This document shows, piece by piece, positions 54,481 through 64,000 of a DNA stretch of 64,000 nt. The stretch spans positions 90,024,001-90,088,000 of the forward strand of contig NC_042999.1 in the NCBI RefSeq assembly GCF_006345805.1, read 5' to 3'. Each line of letters opens with the position of its first letter. The stretch's first letter is position 1. The notes beneath the pieces were generated by a model. The model did no database searches. It was not told where the DNA came from and saw only the letters and a list, made by a program, of their open reading frames with translations. This DNA comes from Octopus sinensis. Its lineage: Eukaryota. The translations under genes and the position numbers were made by a program.

Positions 54481-56944
54481 CTGACCAAGGATACAACACT
54501 ATAACTGTAGTATGGTCTAAATATAAGATCAGGTCTTCAATAACCTTTTGTGCCTCACGGGCTGCTCAACAGACAGATAAAATGCAGGAGCTTTCAATTG
54601 AACTGTTGTTTAGTGAGTACCTTGACAGGCTATATAGATACTAGACATATATTTCATATCTTGATAAGGAAACTTGTCATTTGACCATCCAAGTAGGTTT
54701 AATTAGAGGCTCCAAAGACTCTGAAGAAAGAAATCTTTAAAATAAGACAACAGTTAAAGAATGCATCAATCTCTTGAGAGCACAAACTTGCTGGATATCA
54801 CATCAATTTCTTATGGCAGGCCTCAATTTGACATTGACATTAACTGACCTCACATTTTTCGACTGACAGGAAACATGTATATGAAAATTTATTGTGAATT
54901 TAGACAATAATAATCCCAGCAAATCTCCAGCTAAGATATTTTTTTGCCTTGAAACTAATATTTGGCTGTTGGAGTGGGAATGGGGTACATTCAGTATTGA
55001 CTCAATAAGTAATATTTTGGAATGCAGCATGTTTTTCACAAGGTATGAAAAGTACCTATTAATAAATAGTTAAGACTGAGAATGCAGAGTTAAATGGCAC
55101 TGAGACAAGAAAACTCACAAACCTTAACAACTATCAGGTCAGACATAACTTGGGTCAATGATAGCTTTTTATATATTTTTGGAATCCTATATACACGAAT
55201 GATCTTTTAATACGATTTCTACAGCATTAAATTACAAGTAGAAAGTAAAATGATATTGAGCTATTTATAGCTTCCCTAAGAGAAATGTTTAAAGTGATTA
55301 TATGTCACTTTTTCAGATTAAGATTATTATTATATGTTGAAGTAAGAATCAGATCTTCAGTATCTCTATCGAGTAATGTGTGTGTGTATGCGTGAGAAAG
55401 AGTATAGGTTTGTTACACTTCAAAACTGTTATAAAACAATTAGAGCCATAATTAAGATGCATTGCGATACATAAACAGAAAAAGAAAGATAGTCATAAAA
55501 AGAAAAAGACTACAGAAGAACAGATTTGATGACAGAAGTCCTCACAAGAAATGACACATGACAGCTAGGTTGCTGCATTTCAAAACTCATGCACCTGAAG
55601 ACAGTATAGAAGAATGGATATAAAATCACTGATGATGATTACGATGAAGATTGTGTCAATATTGGATGTTATTCAGTTATAAGTGCTTGCTAAAATACTG
55701 TTGTACTTTGATGTATGGCTCACACAAACATTAATTCTTAAACAATATTGTGAAACTTTAAAATGTCATGCTTTCCTCCTCGGAATCGCATCTTTCTGGA
55801 ACCCTCCTGTGTGTATATGCGTCTCACCTAACGTCGAGCCATAAGGAAGACTACGTTGATACTCGATCAGCTAGAAACAGCAGCCAGATATCCCTCAAAT
55901 CACACCCTTCTGACTTAAAAATGAGACACTGGATAATGTAACCCCACAAACTACGTCTGAAAAAAGAAAAAAAAAAAACAAGAACGAGATAGTCATGACT
56001 GGAATGCATTTGATCATAAATCTGTTCAGATAAAATTTACAACCTTTCAACTTTGCCTATTTATTTCTATTCTTCAGTCAAAGAAGCTGGCAAAGCTGTT
56101 CGTTAGAATAATTAGAAATTAACAAAGGGTACCACAGATTATGGATACATGGTCTGTGGGTAGTAGTCATTAAAAATATTGTTGGAAAACTAAGGGCTCT
56201 GATATTTATCTTTTGACTAAAAAAAAAAAACAACAAAAAAAAACAGTATTTTATCTGATTCAATATTATCTCTTACTCTCAACTTTGTTTACAACAAATC
56301 TAAACTTAATTTTAATTCAACATTCTTGAAAACATCTGACGCCGAGTCAGTCTCTACAAATGAATCGGTACTTTAGATGGTTGTGTGAGTTAACATTACC
56401 TGTTCTTGTAGATCAGGTAAGCTAATTGGTTATTAAGAATTATAATAAATTATACTAGTAGCCATTTCTTTCCTCTCACTCAAATATTGTTATGATTTTT
56501 AGTAGCATTCCAGTCAAATCAATAAAGTGCAAGGTCAAGTTTTGGTGAAATAACATTTAAGAAAGTGAGAGTTATGGTTCTACTCCGTCAACACAATCAC
56601 CAAGCTGTAATGTCAATAGTATAAAAACTATTTGAATTTTAGTTTTTGTTGCTTTCTTCCCACTTATTTAAAGCGTATTGGCAAAAGAAGCGCAGGAATA
56701 AATATTCCTAGCTTGTCAAGGATTCACATGTTTTTAAGAGGGAACAAAACTTAAACAGCCAATGTATAAAGATATATAAACGAAACCTTTATAAAGTTTG
56801 TCCTGTAATTATTTCAACTTATTTTTATCTGTTAGGGGGTAGTTTCCTGTGCGTGTGTGGATGCTTCTTAACTAAAACACATAAAAAAAAAAAATGAGTA
56901 TTAGTTTGAAAATATAGTAACATATACTTACAGAATGCTATAAA

Positions 56945-58147
56945 TTATATTTCTACTGATGCATAACTGTAATGTGTTCTAGCAGTGATGTAAGGAGCAA
57001 CACATCGTTTAAATACCCGCTTAATACTACCTCTGTTGAGATAGAGAACAATGAGTGCAGTACAAGCAATGAAAGCAAATATAATATATGAGGTTTCCAA
57101 GTGAACACCACTGCGCTTCTCACACTTCAAGTCCGATTCTTGCAGACTGAGTACTTGCCTGCCCTGGTACAAGTCTTTATAACTATGAAAACAAGTGACA
57201 TTATCTACATCCCCAACTTTATCTTGGTTCTTTGTTAACCATTCATAAAAGTCTTTCAAATAACAACTGCAGCTGTAAGTGTTGTGGCCGAGCCTTAAAT
57301 CTGTAAGATAGGGCATGGACTGGTTGAACTGAGTAAAAAAGGAGCCATCTAGTATGCCGTTATAAGAGAGATCTAACTGTTCGATGCTGTATGTACACAA
57401 TTCCGGGTTGATCTCTATTAAATAGTTATGTGATACATTTAGTTTCTTCAGAGATTCCATGTTACACAACATTTCCATAGTTTCATTGGTCAACACTAAA
57501 ATGTCATTATTAGACAAATTAAGATCTTCCAGTGTTGTGCTGGTCTTATTTAAAATGTACGGTAAACGGATAAGGTATTCGTATCTCTCAGGACCACTCC
57601 AGCTGGCTAAGGTATCGTCCAAGTCAAGAACACGAAGTTGGGTTAACCCTTCAAATACTCCAGTGTGGCTAATATCTAAAAGTTTCCAATTATTGTTACG
57701 CAGTATTAATGTCTCTAGTTGTGGCAGACAATGGAATGTTTTGCCGTGGATTCTTCTTATGTTATTGTTGGACATGTCTAAATATTTCAAAGCAGAATAC
57801 TTGTGTCCAACAGTGTTATGGGCACATGCTCCGAAGAGATTAGCCGGGAGGTCGGTAAGGTTGTTGCCACTCACTATTAAACTCTGTACAGAATGTGGCA
57901 CGAATAAAAAGAAACTAGCATTAGTAAAGCCAGTATCTATACACTCCACACTGGTTGCATTGCATTGGCAGTTGGATAATTCAGCTGGGCATTGGGAAGT
58001 TTTACTGTTATTTGTATTTGCTGCTCGTTCCATAGTTGTTACTTCCATGTTAGCTTTCGCACCGGCGTCAACTAAATCCATTTGCCAAACGATCACCATA
58101 GCAGGGGCCGCAAAGATATACCAAATCAGAAAATTAGCCATTTTCAA
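56945..58147 (-). CDS. TPBG: Trophoblast glycoprotein-like (5T4/WAIF1) LRR type I membrane protein, 400 aa, single coding exon
   Basis: Hydrophobic N-terminus, LRRNT (CPAELSNCQC..VEC), ~7-8 LRRs (LKYLDMSNNNI, LETLILRNNN, LEDLNLSNNDI), LRRCT (NTYSCSC..C..C), and juxtamembrane LETSY..VLYLNR.SIK..HYSY resembling recalled vertebrate TPBG LQTSY..VLYLNRKGIK..HYRY. Confidence 0.9.
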   Translation of the reverse strand: MKMANFLIWYIFAAPAMVIVWQMDLVDAGAKANMEVTTMERAANTNNSKTSQCPAELSNCQCNATSVECIDTGFTNASFFLFVPHSVQSLIVSGNNLTDLPANLFGACAHNTVGHKYSALKYLDMSNNNIRRIHGKTFHCLPQLETLILRNNNWKLLDISHTGVFEGLTQLRVLDLDDTLASWSGPERYEYLIRLPYILNKTSTTLEDLNLSNNDILVLTNETMEMLCNMESLKKLNVSHNYLIEINPELCTYSIEQLDLSYNGILDGSFFTQFNQSMPYLTDLRLGHNTYSCSCYLKDFYEWLTKNQDKVGDVDNVTCFHSYKDLYQGRQVLSLQESDLKCEKRSGVHLETSYIIFAFIACTALIVLYLNRGSIKRVFKRCVAPYITARTHYSYASVEI

Positions 58148-59474
58148 TTAGAATTATATTTTTCTAACACTTTGCTTTATCTTCTCAGAAATTTTAAATA
58201 TTATTCTAGTATTAAGAAATTATGCCACAAATTTAATCCGAAATATTTATTGAATGAAAAATTTTGTTAAAGAGATAGTGGAACTGAAATAAATTAGATA
58301 AGCTTTTACTTGATTTATAATCAATACTTTGAATTGAATTTTACATTTAATTATTATGAGGATTTTTCTCAGGGAAATGACGGATAGAAAAAGTAATAAA
58401 CAAAAAAAAAAAAAAAAGAGAGAGAGAGAGATGATTAATTTTCTGTTTGCAAATTGTTCTGGGATTGTTGCCAGGTGCGATGTGAAGAAAGTGAGATACG
58501 GAGCTTAATAGAGTAGATTTTTAGCAGCTGGAAGTGGTCAGTTTAAGTTTTGCGGTTCCAGTGGGGGCTGCACATTACACTGGATAGAGTTAAAACGAGT
58601 CAAATAGTATTATTGACAAATGATTCCAGATAAAAGGTACATCAAGCTGCGACTCTTCCGATTAGCCTCAGTTTGTCAAATGAAGTTCATAAAGTTATAT
58701 GAACCCTCTTTAGAGACGGTCTGCCAGTAGCAATGTTGAAAGTTTGAAGATGCGAACATAAGGCAAGTAGCACAACAGCAGCAAGACGATGGGCTTTGAA
58801 TGGCTGTTCCGCACTCATAATTTTCCCACACATAATTAGTTATTAAAGAATTAAATTTGTATTTTTTGTGGAAATGAGAGGGAGAAATAATTAAAAAATA
58901 GTGAATCATATAAGTGTAATTCAATTCAAAATCTAAATGAAAATTGAACAAAATAAACACGTATTATAATAGAGAACATACACTAGTATAAAATCTTAAT
59001 TACATACATACGCACATTATAAATGCATTGAGTATATTTTGTGATATTTATTTATGATTTACCGTATAAAGCAGTAAACGATAATGTCATCGATCGAAAA
59101 TTTAATTTGGTGTTAGAGTATTTTTTATAACAAGACGGAATAATAAGATATAACAATATAACTGAAAGAAACAGTGCAGTAAGACTGTATTATGAAAGTT
59201 AAATAATCATCCAATCAGAGAGCTCCGTACAATTATGTCCGATACGCTGTTATAGTCGAAGCGGGATTGATGACGAATTGTTTTCATACTTATTTCCAGG
59301 TAAAATACTTCTTTGATTGTTAAAAAATATATCTAAGTATGAAAGTGAAATACATAGAAACTGTTTAATGTGTGTCAGTTCTATAGAATAAGTGTTCCTG
59401 TTGTGTTTGTTGATATAGTGGATTTGGGTATTCTCTTGGCACGGAGATTACAAGTGGTCGTCCATCTTGCTTTT

Positions 59475-59596
59475 CTTGCCTCCTTCCAGGGAAGATTGAC
59501 TCAAACAACGAGACCACTCTTCAGTAGATTTTTCCCTTGCCTCCTTCCAGAGAAGATTAACTCAAACAATGAGACTACTCTTCAGTGGTTTTTCCT
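59475..59596. repeat. 61-bp tandem duplication
   Basis: cttgcctccttccag.gaagatt.actcaaacaa.gagac.actcttcagt.. x2. Confidence 0.9.
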
Positions 59597-61102
59597 TTGC
59601 AAAAGCATTCGAAACAATCCCAATTTGAAATGACTTCCTTCAGTTACAACTAACCACATACACAATATTGTACACCCCATTATGACCGACATGCCTATAA
59701 CAATTAACATCTGTTCTCTATTCTCACATCATTTTCTAAAACAACGTAATTAAAGCTTCAAAATATAAGAAATCTCTTTATGTCGTGTTTATTTTCTATC
59801 GAATTTTTATTAGCATGGATCACATATGGTGATTTCAAAATCCTCCTGAATTCTGTATTATGCTTTCACAAACGAGTCGAGTTTTATTTTTATGTCGTCA
59901 TGTCATCTTCAATGGATCCTGATAAAAATGGTCGGACTTCGAACTAAATACCACGTCTCTCTACGTTCTATGTCCAGATATCGCTGTTTGCGATTTCACT
60001 TTGTCTTTCTGCTAGTGTTAATTTTTACGTACGTATTCAGTTGAATAATCCTATAAACTAGCATTAATATATTTTTGCTGCGCTATTTTGACCTATCATT
60101 TTATTTAACACACGTGATAGCCTGTGTCACCACAGCTATTTAATTCTACAAGATTATATATTTCACGTTTTCCCCCAAAAGTTCATTTCTGAACAAAGCT
60201 ACATTTCACGATTCGGGGACTCATTTTGTTGACGGTCACGATCTGATAATGAAACCATTTGTTTTGTTGTGGTCTTTTTATTGGTAGAGAACATTTTGGC
60301 TTGACACCGTTTGTCAACGTGAATCAGTGGGATGTAGTTTCCTTCTTTCCTATAAAATATTAAACTATTGTTTTAAGTTCTGTGCCAGTAATTTAGAATA
60401 ATATTTGTACTCCTTTAGATTGAAGTATCATATTATTTACATCAGGATTAAATTCTAACTCCGTCTTTAACTTTAGCAAATAACATCTCGATAGTAAACA
60501 ACTTTGGGTTGATGTTTTAATTCTGTTATATAGGCATAATACTTAAGTGAGAATTAAATAGGAAGTTATATTCTTTTTTTTTTTAACTCTGAAGGATTAA
60601 GCAATGTAGCAAAACTGGGAATTATCGATAGGTTTCGTGCTTAACTCAAAATAGTAAAAGTAGTAATAGCATTTACTTTTGACTAGGCACAAGGTCACAG
60701 ATTTCTGATGGAGTGAAAAGAGGTGGTGCAAGGTTCATAACTTTTTCTCATAAACCTAAGTTAAATAAATTGGCTACTGCAAATCAAATCCGGTTTGTCA
60801 CTTATCTTTTATTGCATAACATTCATCTAGTATAATTCAAAATATTAAGACAAACACAACGATCGAGTGGTAGATATAATGAAACAACGTTTTACCTTGG
60901 AGAATTTAATTTTCCCCATCAACTTTCAGTTCCGCTTTCTTCCCTTTGAGATCGATTTGGTAAGCATGCCATGTACTGGATCAGTTTAATTGGCTAAATT
61001 CCTCTCCCTCAAAAGTTAGTGACCTTGTGACAATTTATGAAATGAATATTAAATTTGGCGCACGTTTTCGATTCCCAACCGATGCATCGCATCTTTTTTA
61101 AA

Positions 61103-61285
61103 GGCGCCGAGCTGGTGGAATCGTTTGTACATCGTGCAAAATGCTCAGTGACATTTTGTTTGTATCAAGGTTCTTAGTTCAAATTCCGCCTAGGTCGATT
61201 TTGCCTTTCATCCTTTCGGGGTCGATAAAATAATACCAGCTGAGCACTAGGATCGATGTAATCGACTTACTCTTCTTCCAAAATT
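61103..61285 (+). mobile_element. Nin-like tRNA-derived SINE
   Basis: Same family as 5857-6222. Confidence 0.75.
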
Positions 61286-63232
61286 TTGAAGTTGGCGCTT
61301 TTTTGTTTGTCAGAAGTTAGTATTTTCCTGGTGAAAGTGTTTAATAGAAAAAAACCCCACGAAATTTTTAAAATATTGACAGTTCTCGGGTCTTAAAATG
61401 ATTTTTCAAATCCATCATTATTTATTACAAATGAAATGTAGATCTCACATCTTAAAATAAATATTCAAATTCATCATTTAGAAGATCAGGACACCACATC
61501 AACTCGATTAAATGAGAATCTAATAATGTGGGTTGAGTTCCCATGACTTGTTTATTTCTTTTTGAGTAATTCCTCTCTGATTCAAAATGGTTTGTAGTTG
61601 AATGTATAACTGGATCAACAAAATGCAGGGAATACTTGATCGTCAGTCACTGAAAACAATCTGATAGATGGTGTTATAACACCTAGAGATTGCTTACAAC
61701 CATTGTTTTCAGAAAACATGAGGTTGTAATATATCTAATGGTGTTGCACTTGTTATGCCATCTACTGCAGCCAGAAAACAGCAGGGACCAACTTCAAGAC
61801 ATAATGATTCTACTTCTCTTCTGTTATTATTGGATAGTTAATAGCCATTCTTTTTTCACGTTTATTAAGAATGAAATCCAACTATTTGGTGGATCTAACT
61901 TCAATAATGGGTATGTCATACTAAATGATTAATAATAATATCTAGCCAGCATTCTACTGCCCACGGGTTTACTTTTCATTCCTTAATAATTTCAATTTTA
62001 GGAAAACACATTCACTTTTGACCCAGAGAGCAACTGTTTTTGACAAGATGAAACCCTGAAAATGAAGTTAAAATAAATTCGTGTCTGTGAATTACTTCAT
62101 TGGTTTAGTAAGTCAATCTGAGAAAATATGCTTTTCTTTTGTTGCAGTACGTTTAATTTTGATTCATTAAAATTCTCGTACAAATCTTTAGCATTCTGAG
62201 TTGAAATTCTACTCAGATAAACTTTACTCTTCTTTTATCTGAAGATGACAATATAATGCATCAGTCGATTACTGCATTGATTTATATTCTTATAATGCAT
62301 CCTAGATGAAAACGAAATTCTAACTGAACCCCTTGTTAATTTAACAACTATGTCAACTAATCAATTTTCTGGCCAAAGTATATCAAACATTATAAAAATT
62401 TCAAGGATTATCTACATGGTATTTAAAATTGTTAAAAGTAGAGAAGATGGTACTTATAATCTATGCAGACTTTGTGAGATGTAAGTGATGGATGATAAAA
62501 TTTGAGTATCTGTAGGTCAGCCTCTACAGGGAGAGAATTCTGAAGGACTGCAGTTTTAGGAGGGGAAGCAAAAACATTTAGTTAGAGACCTAGATGAGGC
62601 ACAGGGAAGTAAAATTGTGATGTCCCTTCAGTTTTATTTTACTATCTCAGTTGCTATACTTATACTCATCATAGATTATAATTACAAGATGCTGTATTAT
62701 TCTATTTACTACTCTACAATACTCTAGTTGTACATATTTCTCCATTGTACTTCCTCATTAAATTTTGAAATATTCAAAGTCAGTATGACAATAAAGTTAA
62801 GTACAAAATGTCAGCAATTTGGTGACATTTTATTTGGATCTACATATTGGTTGATATTTCATACCAAGATGATAAAACTTAGTAGAGCAAAACAGAAGAA
62901 CATTTGACTTGATACTAGCAAAGATATTTTAGCTCAAATCCTTACAGAGTCATAAAATATGCAGCAATAGCATCTCTTACAAAAAGAAGTACTTCAACTA
63001 CAAATGTTGTCCTGACAGTAATGCTAAAGTGGGCATGACTTTATTATTAATAGACATAAGTTTAGTAGAGTAATTCTTCCTTCTTGCTTTGGTACTGCTC
63101 AACATAGTCTCTGTTACAAACAATGTATGTGTGCCATCACTGAACTGAACACTTGAATCTTCCTTGAAAAGAAAAATCAGGTGTGCACTTTTGTATCCTC
63201 TTCTTCACTGCCAATTTAGATAATGTAGTAGT

Positions 63233-63790
63233 CATCATCATTCAATGTCTGCTTTCCATGCTGGTAAAATTTGTTGGACGGTTTGACATGGAGCTGGTCA
63301 GACTCTCAATTGTCTGTTGTGGCATGGTTTCTATGGCTGGATGCCCTTCCTAACACCAACCACTCAACAGAGAGTGTTGGGTGGTTTTTATGTGTCACCG
63401 GCATGGGTGCATTTATTCAGCACTGGCATGTCTGCTTTTTATGTGGCACCACCACCTGAAAGGACATGACTGTAAGTGTGGAAGACAGCGATTTTGCTCA
63501 GCTTGACGTGTTTTATCAACTACAGCAAATCGCCACATCTCCCAATTCCTTGTCATTTCTTCAGTGAGGCCCAGCATCTGAAGATCCTTTATCACCACCT
63601 TGTCCCATGTCTTCTTGGGTCTACCCCTTCCACAGGTACTTTCCACAATTAGAGCTTGGCACTTCTTTGCACAACTGCTCTCATCTGTACTCATGACATG
63701 ACCAAACCAGTGCAGTCTTCTCTCTAGCACACATCTGATGCCTCTTATACTCAGTTTTCCTCTTAAATCATTTGCATAGTCTCGTGCATG
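63233..63790 (-). mobile_element. RTE 3' end
   Basis: ORF 63413-63793 LRGKLSIRGIRCVLERRLHWFGHV..GRGRPKKTWDKVV; tail motif and (CAT)n. Confidence 0.85.
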
Positions 63791-63895
63791 CAAATGGTTT
63801 AAGACAAAAACTGGGTATAAGGGGCATCAGATGTGTGCAAGATTGCACTGGTTTAGTCATGTGATGCATATGGATGAAGACAGCTGTGTAAAGAA
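63791..63895 (+). mobile_element. Short RTE fragment inverted relative to its neighbour
   Basis: LRQKLGIRGIRCVQ..LHWFSHVMHMDEDSCVK on the plus strand. Confidence 0.75.
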
Positions 63896-64000
63896 TACTT
63901 TTACTGAGTCTGTCATTAAATCATTTCAGAAGATTGCCCTTCATTAGACCAAGTAGGTGGACGTCAGAGGGTGGGGGCACTGATCAACCTAATATATCAA

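Noticed and set aside
57459-58151. 230-aa plus-strand ORF
   Set aside because: Antisense shadow of the LRR gene with no recognisable motifs.
59500-59592. Minus-strand CUGAAGA in both 61-bp units
   Set aside because: No GAAA at a stem II closure and no stem III or cleavage site.

Overview
AT-rich eukaryotic genomic DNA whose repeats (tRNA-derived SINEs, RTE LINE tails ending in (GAT)n, long (TA)n tracts) resemble an octopus genome; the species is inferred, not proven. Three protein-coding genes can be built by hand: a 5-exon NFKBIL1 homologue (+, 4286-13372, 359 aa), ATG5 with 7 coding exons (+, 22983-32165, 268 aa) and a single-coding-exon LRR type I membrane protein resembling TPBG/5T4 (-, 56945-58147, 400 aa). 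The rest is mostly decayed RTE, RTE-X and CR1 LINEs, SINEs, and mariner/piggyBac-type non-autonomous elements. The most notable unannotated signal is a set of hammerhead ribozyme motifs: an intact-looking type I hammerhead (-, 50930-50991), a G3:C8 core variant inside a 260-bp palindrome in the last NFKBIL1 intron, a U3:A8 variant (~53590) and a half motif (~51320). Most sit at fold-back junctions or in (TA)n tracts, suggesting Penelope-like or retrozyme termini. ATG5 also has a uORF ending 1 nt before its start codon. Repeat boundaries are approximate and no database searches were run.
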